A DNA stretch of 63,810 nt, filler included, from Octopus bimaculoides (lineage: Eukaryota), in NCBI RefSeq assembly GCF_001194135.2. It is 6 parts of 6 records of this genome, joined end to end, with 100 filler letters (N's around TTAATTAATTAA, not from the genome) between each part and the next. Parts side by side here need not be neighbours in the genome. Positions count along the whole stretch, not along the records: positions 27,304 to 48,319 come from NC_068982.1; positions 48,420 to 59,700 come from NC_068996.1; positions 59,801 to 63,810 come from NC_068988.1; 3 more parts are not named here. One strand, 5' to 3'. Below, piece after piece: positions 48,257 to 60,896 of this stretch. Below the pieces are notes generated by a model. That model did no database searches, was not told the DNA's origin, and saw nothing but the letters and a program-made list of their open reading frames with translations. A program made the position numbers and the translations under genes. Each line of letters begins with the position of its first letter. The stretch's first letter is position 1.

Positions 48257-49739
48257 CATTTATATTATTATTTGATTGAACGCCACGCATCCATTTCCAA
48301 GTATATATATATATATGTGNNNNNNNNNNNNNNNNNNNNNNNNNNNNNNNNNNNNNNNNNNNNTTAATTAATTAANNNNNNNNNNNNNNNNNNNNNNNNN
48401 NNNNNNNNNNNNNNNNNNNTTTTTTTTTTTTTTTTTTTTTTCCTTCCTTCCCCCTCCCAAAAAGAAAAGCTCTACATTGTATTTGTCCCATCTTCGTTGA
48501 GCCCTGTGTGGCTAATAAAAGAAATGTATCTACCTACCTACCTACATACCTACCTACCTACAGATCTATCTATCTATAAATGCATATCATTTAAAGTGTG
48601 TTCGAGAGACAAGAGATTGTGTGAGAATGTGTGTGTGTGTGTGTGTATGTGTGTGTGTGTGAGTATACCTTCAGGCGCATGTATAACTGCATCAAATCAT
48701 ATACTCTACGCACTAACCATCCAATACTGTAACACAACTCACGGAATTCTCATCATTTCCAAATTATATCGCCCAGCTCTCACATCACATAATCTACACA
48801 ATCACCTTCCGATACTATAATTGTTTCCCCAATAAACAAGGAAAACACTAAGTCATCGAACAAGAATAACTACGCAGCGAACGCCAACACAGACGAATTA
48901 AGATTCAATATATTATCCACCACATCTCGGAGACATAAATTCGAATCCGTTGATTCAACCAAAATATCATATAAAGCTATACAAAATTACCTAAACTATA
49001 TTTAAAACTTACTTTCCAAAATTTCATGACATCGGCAATATTTTCAGTATCATGATGTGGTTATTTCATATACTGCATAGCCAGGAAGGATTAACCTCTC
49101 AACGCTCTCTGGATTAATCCGAACTATGCAGTTGCATAGAGTCTTACTGGGAAGATGATAATTTGTAACAATAAAAATAACGTTGCGTTCATCACAAATG
49201 ACTATTCTGTTACTGACCCAACCAACCAACTGTTTACATTTAACGCCGAAAAACGTTCCATGGATCACATGATTTCATATTTTAAGCATAAGGCTGACAG
49301 GAAGCAGTCCAGCTTCCTAGGGCTAAATAGCAGTAGTATGATTCCCTTATTGGGACTGTCACTTTAAGTTGACAGTATACAACTACTTTATATATATATA
49401 TATATATATATATNNNNNNNNNNNNNNNNNNNNNNNNNNNNNNNNNNNNNNNNNNNNNNNNNNNNNNNNNNNNNNNNNNNNNNNNNNNNNNNNNNNNNNN
49501 NNNNNNNNNNNNNNNNNNNNNNNNNNNNNNNNNNNNNNNNNNNNNNNNNNNNNNNNNNNNNNNNNNNNNNNNNNNNNNNNNNNNNNNNTTAGTCGAACAA
49601 ATCGATACCAGGACTTATTTTTTGTAAGCCTAGTACTTATTTAAGTTTAATCAAATATATAATTTCTCTCAAAAATATTGTCCGATCGATTTAACTCGCA
49701 ATACCAAATTATACTTGGTAATTAATTGCCGAACATATT

Positions 49740-49952
49740 GTTGGCTTCAAATTTTGGCACAAAGCCAGCAATTTCAGAAAGTCGATTACAGCGAGCCCAC
49801 CTTTCAACTGATACTTATTTTATCGCCCCCGAAAGGATGAAAGGCAAATTAGGGCACGGTGGCGCTTGAACTCCGAAGGTAAAGACGGACAAAATGCCGC
49901 TAAGGATTTTTTTGTCCGGCGTGCTAACGATTCTACCAGGTCGACACCTTGA
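49740..49952 (-). mobile_element. SINE family C
   Basis: ggcttcaaattttggcacaa..tacttattttatcg.ccccgaaaggatgaaaggcaaa..gtgctaacgattct. Confidence 0.82.
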
Positions 49953-50591
49953 CCAACATATTATTAAGAAATAATAGTGGAAGTTGATAAAATATACAAA
50001 TTTATCCATTAGATGTATTTAGAATAAGGCTCTATGTATCAGTTCCAGTTGATGGTTCATCACAATTTCTAACGTGCAAATATTTAATGCTATTATTATC
50101 ATCCTCTTGGAAAATGAATGAAGAATTAAGTGTCTGAAACTTCTTATATTGTCCAACAGCACCGTGACTGTTAGCACCAAACTCAGTGGAACATCTACAG
50201 GAATATTCTAACGTAGCAGTATTTCTTGTTTTTTTCTGTTCTAAATTTTAATCATGACTACCAAGTTTAGAGAAGGGTGATGACCAAACTTATTCCCTAC
50301 GTTCTACTCACGGATGATTTAGAATTATGGCCTCTTGCTTCAGTTTTCTCCACGCTATCACTAAGTATGGCAAAAATATTCAAACATACTTTGGATTAGA
50401 AAAATGTAGATGTATAACAGTAAAACTCTACACACCACAAAGTATGAAACAAGTTAAACATACGATTTGAAACGCTATCTACAAGCATTGAAGAGTAGAT
50501 GGAAGTAAAAAGTTGCGAAAGCTGTGCAAATGCGAAGGAAAATATCAAAACCTCATCCAAATAACAAAAAAAAATACCATTTATGCCAGTT

Positions 50592-51021
50592 GCACATTTG
50601 CAGTGTCGGTCTAAACAAATAGGTCCGTTTTATTGGAACAGAAATTTGTTGGCACTCCGTCGCTTACGACGTCGAGGGTTCCACTTGACCCGATCAACGG
50701 AACAGCCTGCACGTGAAATTAACGTGCAAGTGGCTGAGCACTCCACAGACACGTGTACCCTTAACGTAGTTCTGAGGGAGATTCAGTGTGACACAGTGTG
50801 ACAAAGCAGACTCTTTGAATTACAGGCATAACAGAAACAGGAAGTAAGAGTGAGAGAAAGTTGTGGTGGAAGAGTACAGCAGGGTTCGCCACCATCCCCT
50901 GCCAGAGCCTCGTGGAGCTTTAGCTGTTTTCGCTCAATAAACACTCACAACGCCCGGTCTGGGAATTGAAACTGCGATCCTATGACCCCGAGTCCGCCAC
51001 CCTAACCACTGGGCCATTGCG
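50592..51021 (-). mobile_element. tRNA-derived SINE family D
   Basis: Minus-strand head cgcaatggcccagtggttagggtggcggactc..gtttcaattcccagaccgggcgttgtgagtg, with A and B boxes. Confidence 0.8.
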
Positions 51022-51999
51022 ACTCCACGGAACAGAAAGTAACATCGTGATTTAAACCTAACTTACAGACAGCAGAATGGGGTTGTCTTATATCATAGAT
51101 ATTACCATATATTGTATGGTAGTAGAATTGAAATATGTTAGATGGTAAATATTAGTATGTATCATACGAAGCAGAATGGATATGCTTTAAATATTTTGAC
51201 ATACCTTATGACAACAAACTGGATGTATGTTACATCACAGATATTACTATATAATATACTATAACAGGGAGGACATAGATATTGTTATATAGCATAGGAT
51301 TCCTGAGAAGATGTATATTATATCATAAATATACAATCTTTTCGGCAACATGTCATTACATGGATATCACAATAGTTTAACAGACAACAGACAGTTTTGC
51401 TGTAAAAATTAATGTTCACTGGTATTCACAGAGCAGAGGGATAAACATATTGATAAGTATAGAGGGAAAGAGAAAGAGAGAGAGAGATAGAGAAAGAGAG
51501 AGAGAGAGATACAGAAAGACACATACATAAACACACACATACAAACATGCACACACATATTGCTATATGCCATGATAACAGAACAAAAGTATATTATAGA
51601 GATACTATAGATATTATTATATATCGTATAATAACGAAGTGGATGTACATCGGAAATTACTATAAGCCTTTTGATAACTGAGTGAGTTAATGTATATCAT
51701 GGATATTGCAGAGTAAACTTTGATAGCAGAGCTCACGTACATCATATCATAAATATTATTATGCATCTTAGGCTAACTGTGCAGAAGTATGTTATATCAC
51801 GGGTAGTGTGTGAGGTGATAGGATGTAGTGTATAATATGCTGTTTTAAAAGGAACTTTAAAGAGGTTGATGAGAAAACAATGATTAATGATTAAAGAACA
51901 AATAAAACAAAAGCGTACAAAGGTTAGAGCTCTAAATGTTTAATATATAATGTGACAGAACAATCTAAAATATAGTTGTGAAAAACTAACACCATAATC

Positions 52000-52510
52000 T
52001 TCATGATTATGATAATAATATCATGATTATGATAATAAGTTTGTTGACGGCTGTGGAGAGGATGATGGTGTTGATGATGATGGTGTTGATGATGATAATG
52101 ATGATGATGATGATGATGATAATGATGATGAAGATGTTGGTGATGATGATGGTGATGATGATGATGACGAGGACGACGACTACGATGCTGGTGATAATGA
52201 TGGTGAGGATGGTGGTGGTGATGATGATGACGATGATTGTGATGATGATGATGATGATGATAATTGTCGAGGTGTTGCCGTCGAGAATAATGGTGGTGAT
52301 AGTGGTGGTGATGGGAATAGAAATGATGAAATGATGACGATGGTGATGATGATGATGATGATGATCATGATGATGCTGATAATGATTGCGATTGTTGAAG
52401 GAGGATGATGTAATGGTGGTGATTGCAATGATGATCGTGATGGTTATGATGATGACAACAACGACGACGATGCCATACTGATTATGGCATCTACGACGAC
52501 GTCGATGATA
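52000..52510. repeat. Decayed (GAT/GGT)n trinucleotide tract
   Basis: Direct reading. It generates the poly-M/I/H ORFs. Confidence 0.92.
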
Positions 52511-53651
52511 ATACATTCGCAGAAATTGATATGTTGAGAAGCAGCCAAGTTATTGCTTCATCTACTTTTCAATAAAGTGAAAACTGTTGAGTGAATTTCT
52601 CAAAATGGTGATAGCCAAAACATCTAATGAGACGAAACGTCTAGAATGAATGGTAAACATGAAATAAAAATAAAAACCTGGTTTTGCTAATACCAAGTTC
52701 TACAAGAACTGTAATTAGCTTTATAAAGTCACTTCTAATTTTATTTCTGAAAAATATCATAATTCTATTATTAAAACGGTACATAATATATATATATATA
52801 TATANNNNNNNNNNNNNNNNNNNNNNNNNNNNNNNNNNNNNNNNNNNNNNNNNNNNNNNNNNNNNNNNNNNNNNNNNNNNNNNNNNNNNNNNNNNNNNNN
52901 NNNNNNNNNNNNNNNNNNNNNNNNNNNNNNNNNNNNNNNNNNNNNNNNNNNNNNNNNNNNNNNNNNNNNNNNNNNNNNNNNNNNNNNNNNNNNNNNNNNN
53001 NNNNNNNNNNNNNNNNNNNNNNNNNNNNNNNNNNNNNNNNNNNNNNNNNNNNNNNNNNNNNNNNNNNNNNNNNNNNNNNNNNNNNNNNNNNNNNNNNNNN
53101 NNNNNNNNNNNNNNNNNNNNNNNNNNNNNNNNNNNNNNNNNNNNNNNNNNNNNNNNNNNNNNNNNNNNNNNNNNNNNNNNNNNNNNNNNNNNNNNNNNNN
53201 NNNNNNNNNNNNNNNNNNNNNNNNNNNNNNNNNNNNNNNNNNNNNNNNNNNNNNNNNNNNNNNNNNNNNNNNNNNNNNNNNNNNNNNNNNNNNNNNNNNN
53301 NNNNNNNNNNNNNNNNNNNNNNNNNNNNNNNNNNNNNNNNNNNNNNNNNNNNNNNNNNNNNNNNNNNNNNNNNNNNNNNNNNNNNNNNNNNNNNNNNNNN
53401 NNNNNNNNNNNNNNNNNNNNNNNNNNNNNNNNNNNNNNNNNNNNNNNNNNNNNNNNNNNNNNNNNNNNNNNNNNNNNNNNNNNNNNNNNNNNNNNNNNNN
53501 NNNNNNNNNNNNNNNNNNNNNNNNNNNNNNNNNNNNNNNNNNNNNNNNNNNNNNNNNNNNNNNNNNNNNNNNNNNNNNNNNNNNNNNNNNATATATATGT
53601 ATATATGAATATATACATACGTGCATCCATACATACATACATGAGTGCGTA

Positions 53652-53689
<38 letters not shown>

Positions 53690-55087
53690 AGTGTGTGCGT
53701 AATTATTTTATTCAAATTTTATTTTCAATTTAATTTCCTTATTTTTGATTCCCAATTTTGACATTGATGGTAATTTAAAAAAATATAACTTCGGAATTTA
53801 ATTATATTTTCCATTAGTTGGAAGATTGCTAGATGTAGAACAATACGCTTAAACAAATAATTTTAAAGGCCCCTTACGAACGTGAGTGTCGGGACACATT
53901 CATTCTGTCTTATTGGTTATTATGTTTAACATGACTCACCCAGAGGTAGGAGGACATACTCATGATCTGTTTATATCGCCTCCAAGAATTGTGAATTGAG
54001 TGGGATAGGAAAGAGAAAAGCTCGATTCACGAGTGGCTTAATAGAAGCAACATGTCATGACACCAAGTAATTCTCAAAGACTTGGGCGGAATATATAATA
54101 GTTAAGTATCAGTACTTGTCTATGTCTTAAAGTTTCCTACTTAAAATCGTGGACCAGCTGTGATAATTACTGTATATCGATTCATGTACTCTGTATAATT
54201 AGTGAATACTGTCTCTTTCGAATGTAAAGTCACATGTATTATAAATCTCACACATGTGCGCGCGCATACACACACATACTCACACAAACGCACATACACA
54301 TTTATACTATTAATTACATATAAAACAATAAACATTAATTGGGTAAAGATCTCGATATGCGTAGCATTTTTGTTAAAGATACAATAACATCCGACTTTCA
54401 CCCACCCTAGCTTATAAATTTACAATTTAAATATTGGTCTCTGTATACGTATACAAAGATATGTACACACACATGTATATATATACATGCACGTACAGAT
54501 ACATAGAGTGAAAACTATAGCGAAATATAGCAGAAAGAACAAGAGAGAATACAAAGCGAGAGAAGAAGAAAAAAGATTAGGGTGAAGGCAAAAACACAAT
54601 AGTCACAGAAAGAGCGAAAAAACCTCTCTACATTAGTGATGATAGTAGGACGCCGTCAGCTCGAAATCTTGTATTGAAAGTCGAAGTGAAATATGGAAAC
54701 TATTATAAGAAAAGTACAAATTAAACATTGAACCCCAGACGTTAACCAGAGAGACTACCATCAGCGTAGTTTCGACATGTAGAAATCCGAAGACTTTAAA
54801 TTCTAAAGTTATTTCTACTTTTGCGGAGCCACCGTTAAGTCATATCACTAAGGTTGGAGAAGCCACAAAGAAATGATCTCACCACTACTTACTATTTCTT
54901 CATCACTGCCTTGGGCGTCCTTTTCATCGGTCTCTCACATTTCCTTTATCCTCTCATTTTCTGTATCTCTTGTAACTCACTGTTGCTATAGCGAAGACAG
55001 TCCCAACATTCCATTTCCTCATTTTGTTAGCTATATGCCAATATTACTCGGGTTATACTATGCATATATATATACACACGCATACAC

Positions 55088-55130
<43 letters not shown>

Positions 55131-55929
55131 CACACACNNNNNNNNNNNNNNNNNNNNNNNNNNNNNNNNNNNNNNNNNNNNNNNNNNNNNNNNNNNNNNN
55201 NNNNNNNNNNNNNNNNNNNNNNNNNNNNNNNNNNNNNNNNNNNNNNNNNNNNNNNNNNNNNNNNNNNNNNNNNNNNNNNNNNNNNNNNNNNNNNNNNNNN
55301 NNNNNNNNNNNNNNNNNNNNNNNNNNNNNNNNNNNNNNNNNNNNNNNNNNNNNNNNNNNNNNNNNNNNNNNNNNNNNNNNNNNNNNNNNNNNNNNNNNNN
55401 NNNNNNNNNNNNNNNNNNNNNNNNNNNNNNNNNNNNNNNNNNNNNNNNNNNNNNNNNNNNNNNNNNNNNNNNNNNNNNNNNNNNNNNNNNNNNNNNNNNN
55501 NNNNNNNNNNNNNNNNNNNNNNNNNNNNNNNNNNNNNNNNNNNNNNNNNNNNNNNNNNNNNNNNNNNNNNNNNNNNNNNNNNNNNNNNNNNNNNNNNNNN
55601 NNNNNNNNNNNNNNNNNNNNNNNNNNNNNNNNNNNNNNNNNNNNNNNNNNNNNNNNNNNNNNNNNNNNNNNNNNNNNNNNNNNNNNNNNNNNATATATAT
55701 ATATATATATATATAAATACCGCCTAGGTAGGCAAGGTAAGTCATGTTTACCCTGAATAAACTAGATCGATAGCAACATTTTCCTCTCATGTCAAAATAT
55801 GCACCTAATTCAATAAATCTATGAAGGTTACTCTGATTACTATGCATAAAATAGAAACTATTTTATTTTTTTGTAGATTAGGTAGCCCCTTGCCTTTCAA
55901 TTTCAGTATTTAAGCTATGCTTAGAACTG

Positions 55930-57110
55930 CTGTAGGATACGTGCTGCGTACACTCATACAACATCGTTTTGCTTATGTGCTATAAAGGCAGAAGTAAATC
56001 TGCCTTCAACTCAATCGCGCGCCTGTGCTTCGCTTATTTGTTGTGTGTTGCAATGCATAAAAGAAAACTGGAAAAATTTTACTCTGTAATGAAAACATAT
56101 ATAAACTCCTGGAGTTCAAAAGACTCCTTAATAGCATTAACACCAATGTACAGTTTACAATGGAACACAACCAAGTGGGACTTCCATTCCAAGAACCTGG
56201 TTAAAAAATAAACAAAAAATAGAAACAGACATTTTTTACAAAACCACAAACGCTAAACAATATCTATTATATTGCTTATTCTACTCGAGACATATTAAAA
56301 CAAATATCCTCTTCAACTATGAAAGAAGGATTTGCACCATAGTGTCAGAAAAAATACCAGAGAACTCACATTGCAAGAGCTTAAAAACGTATTCCTGGAG
56401 AGACACTACCCAATTCGACTCATAAATGACGGGATTAAACGTGCAAAATCGATTGACATAAAAATATTAAGAAAAGTCGAACACAATAACACGCCTACTC
56501 TGAAAACACTACCTTATGTCTCCACATACAATCAAAAGAATCGTCTAACATCGTTGGTCAAAATCTCCCAATACTCCATAAGGATCCCAAACCGAAGGAA
56601 ATTCTACGCACCCAAAAAATCATTAAAAGCAATAAACAATCAAAGGCATTAAAGAAGATTCTCACAAACACTAAATCATTCTCATGAATAACGGACGCAA
56701 GAATAAAGAGTGTGAACGCCCTAACTGTGGAACATTCCCAATCTTTTGGAAGCATCAGAATTCCATTTTGGACAAAGGCAAAAATTCAAAATTAAATCCA
56801 ACTTCACTTGCACCTCTGAAAACCTCATTTACGTAAACACATGCTTGGACTGCTATAGAAACTATATAGGGTGGACAGGAATGTCGATTCGACGAAGATG
56901 TACGGTCCACAGATATCTTTCCCACAATATCACCATATATATCACAGTGAATACATTGACGGATGTACAGAAAACTGTAACCACAATTCGTAATTTTCCC
57001 ATTCTATCAATTTGTTATTTGAACCTCAACACAAGTGCAACTGACTAAAGCGGCCTCATTTATCGAAAAATATGAGCCGGTGTGAAATATAAACCCATAT
57101 TGAAGATTAA
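55930..57110 (+). mobile_element. Penelope-like retroelement: RT C-terminal half, thumb and GIY-YIG endonuclease, decayed
   Basis: SINTNVQFTMEHN, IETDIFYKTTNAKQYL, RRICTIVSEK, ELKNVFLERHYP..I..GI.RAK, LPYVSTYN, FTCTSENLIYVNTCLDCYRNYIGWTG..RRRCTVHR. Confidence 0.9.
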
Positions 57111-57451
57111 AGATTTACCTATTGTAAGATATAAGCCAAAATCAAATGTAGACCAATATTAGAAATTACAGATTCACATCCCCTTTTCAGAAAAATACCT
57201 TGGTTACCAATTATCCTCCCAAGCAAACAAAATGTCTAATTCAGAATTTCATCCCAAAATTCAAAATTTGAAAAGTAAAAGAAACTGGTTATTATGCCGG
57301 AAGAAAAAAATCTTATTTTGTACAATATTGCATAACATTTTTGCTATTATGATTCTATTTAGTCATATAAAACAAATCTTCGGTGTTTTTACATCTTATT
57401 TCTCTCAGTATATGTTCAAGTACGTGTAATCACCCACCATACTGTCTACAC

Positions 57452-57490
<39 letters not shown>

Positions 57491-58129
57491 NNNNNNNNNN
57501 NNNNNNNNNNNNNNNNNNNNNNNNNNNNNNNNNNNNNNNNNNNNNNNNNNNNNNNNNNNNNNNNNNNNNNNNNNNNNNNNNNNNNNNNNNNNNNNNNNNN
57601 NNNNNNNNNNNNNNNNNNNNNNNNNNNNNNNNNNNNNNNNNNNNNNNNNNNNNNNNNNNNNNNNNNNNNNNNNNNNNNNNNNNNNNNNNNNNNNNNNNNN
57701 NNNNNNNNNNNNNNNNNNNNNNNNNNNNNNNNNNNNNNNNNNNNNNNNNNNNNNNNNNNNNNNNNNNNNNNNNATATATATATATATATATAAACATATA
57801 TGGATATTTTTACGTACGTATGTAAAGATTTGCAGCCATAAATCTGTTTGTACCTAATTGAACTTGAGCATACGATTAATTTCGTATATATGCCCATTAT
57901 AAGTATGTATGCGTGTGAGTTTGTATGAGTGTGTATATATTTGTATAAGAATGTGCGAGTGTTTATATATGTGTGTGCATATATGTGTGTGTACATATAC
58001 TATACGTCATTAGATCACAGACAAGTGAACGAACCAGTAGATTTCTTTGCCTCCTCACCTACAACCAGGGAGGCAGTTACGATAGATTACATCGATATCG
58101 AGAAAGAAGATATAACACTAAACAGATGA

Positions 58130-59700
58130 GGTGGACACAAACTTAGTTGATGTCCCTGATAGTTTCCCAGCAAACCATCTGAAGTCGTGAAGACCTGCCC
58201 TTGCAAAACCACTACAGATTATCTTCCAATTATCTTGCGAATGACAAGCTGCCAAGCAAACTGAAGGAGTGAATAATATGCCCAATCCATGAAGGAGGAA
58301 GCAGAGAAGATCCCGAAAATTATAGGGATATCTATCTGACTTCACACATGAAAAAATTCATGGAACGAATAATTAGGGAGACGTAATCGCATTCCTTGAA
58401 GAAGGCGACTTGTTGCGTGATACTCAGCATGGTTTTCGACCAAATAGGAGTTGCCTGCAGTACTATGCCTGGATGTTGAGGCAGCTACTCGACAGCTCAA
58501 ATGTGGATGTAATATGCCTCGACTTTCCAGAAGCCTTTGATAAAGTTGATCACAGCATGATATGTCATAAACTGCGCGATCTTGGAATAGCTGGGAAACT
58601 TGGATAATGGTTACATGACTTTCTCAAAAATAGAAGTCAGGCAGTGGTGGACAATGGTGCCACCTCAAAGGAAACACAAATAGTGAGTGGTGTTCCACAG
58701 GGCACCCTTGCTAGCTATGCAGACGACACGACAATCTTGCTGAAAATACAAAACTCTAGCGATGTTGTACGCCTGCAGCAGGAGTTGGACGCAATTTACA
58801 GGTGAACTGAGGACAATAACATGCAGTTTAAATGATGGAAAATTCGAATTCCAGCGGTAGCAGCGCCAAAAACTGAACGAAAAATATACAAGGTACACAA
58901 GCCCAGGGGGGATTACAATTCCAGAACCTAAATCAGTGCGTGACCTGGGCATCGACATGAGTGATGATACCTTTTTCCAAATGCACATTACTAAGGCGGT
59001 GGAAAAGTGCAGAGGCTGACTGGCTGGATCCTGAGAACTTTCGAAACCAGAGTGACAGAAACCCTGGTGGTCTTCTGGAGGACATTCGTCCTCAGCCATA
59101 TGGATTACTACTCCCACCAATGATCACACCTAAATGTCAAATTAACAGTGGACCTTGAAGCAATCTAGTGAAGCTTCACAAGAAAGATCGTCTCATTGCA
59201 ACAACTCAGTGAGTGGGAAAAGCAGAAACAGCTAAGATTCTACACTCTGGAGCGAAGCCGAGAGAGGTATGCAGTAATATACATATGGAAGATCCTGGAA
59301 GGGACTGAACCAAATTTTGGCATTGAAGGTTACACAAATGCCAGAAGGGATCGCACAATGCACAGTGCCAAATATCCCAACACTGCCGTCACGTTTCAGG
59401 ACCAGTTACTGTAACAGACTGGGTTTCAAAGGTCTGCAACTTTTGAATATTCTGCCAATGAGCCCGTGGGATCTACACATAGTGGATGTAGGTATTTTCA
59501 AAACAGAACTGGATCTTTTCCAGTCGATAGTCTCAGATGAGCCTACCTCGTAGCAGGGGACACAAATGAGGACAGCAACATCAAGAATTCCTTATTCACC
59601 AAATGCCAAATATCAGAGGATGCTCTCGATAATAGCAGTGTAGCAGAACGGTGGTACCCCAGCATGGCTGCAGCTTTGAGCTGCAACCGACAAAAGAAAA
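58130..59700 (+). mobile_element. CR1/L2-group LINE: decayed RT through the 3' end
   Basis: PENYR, QHGFRPNRSC, LDFPEAFDKVDH, WLHDFLKNRSQ.V, SGVPQG, SYADDT, LRFYTLERSRERY..IYIWKI. The tail matches 4392-4750. Confidence 0.93.
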
Positions 59701-60087
59701 NNNNNNNNNNNNNNNNNNNNNNNNNNNNNNNNNNNNNNNNNNNNTTAATTAATTAANNNNNNNNNNNNNNNNNNNNNNNNNNNNNNNNNNNNNNNNNNNN
59801 ATATATACGTACATATGCATATATATAGATATATTACATATATATATGCATACATACACACACGCACACACATACATACACACACACACACACATATGAA
59901 TGTAGTTATAATTAGTTTTATATAATGCATTTGTGTTCTAATCTGTACTAGAGCAATTTGCGGTTAGCAACTGACACACTAACGAAGCTGTTATAATATG
60001 CGTGCTTAATATAGATGTATGTGTGTGTGTATTCTTATATGGGCATATATGTGTATGCATATATATACATTCATACACATATATAAG

Positions 60088-60144
<57 letters not shown>

Positions 60145-60751
60145 GCACAAACGTTTTTGTGTGTGTACACACCTGTTTGCATATCATAGGTTTATGTGCG
60201 TTGCGTTACACCTTCTATAAGCATATACACACATAACCATATATGTAGAATTTCATCATAAATTTCTGTATTCATGGTCTGAACGTCGATATGAAATATC
60301 TCGCTTTCGCACCTACCCACACGCGTACACACCCCCGTACACACTGCCATAGACGCACTCATAGTCAAACCTATACACCCGCACAAACGCATACTCAAAC
60401 ATAATCAAACTCATGGGCATTCGCACTGGTGTATTCATGCTTACAATTAATCGGCTTCCTTTAAGGAGCAAAGCACACATTTGGATCTTAGAAACTGATT
60501 CTTTGGTTAAATGATATTACAGATTTCATTGAAGTGTGAAGCTTCTACAACCTTGAGCCTTTCACAATGTAATCCGGTTTTCACAGACTGAAGGCGAGTC
60601 AATCAAAAACGTATAAAATATATATCCTATTAACTATGCTCTGTCATTATATATGTATACCTGCATACAGACGCACACACACGCACACATACACATACAC
60701 ACAAACACACACACACAAACTTAACTAGAAATATATAGACATAAATGTATA

Positions 60752-60782
<31 letters not shown>

Positions 60783-60853
60783 GCATATAGCAAAAATACC
60801 ACACACACACACACACACACACACACAGTCACACACACATATGTGTGTATATG

Positions 60854-60896
<43 letters not shown>

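Noticed and set aside
54620-54800. GTGATGA..CGAAA and CTGATGG motifs upstream of the Penelope element
   Set aside because: The core is mismatched and no consistent helices were found.
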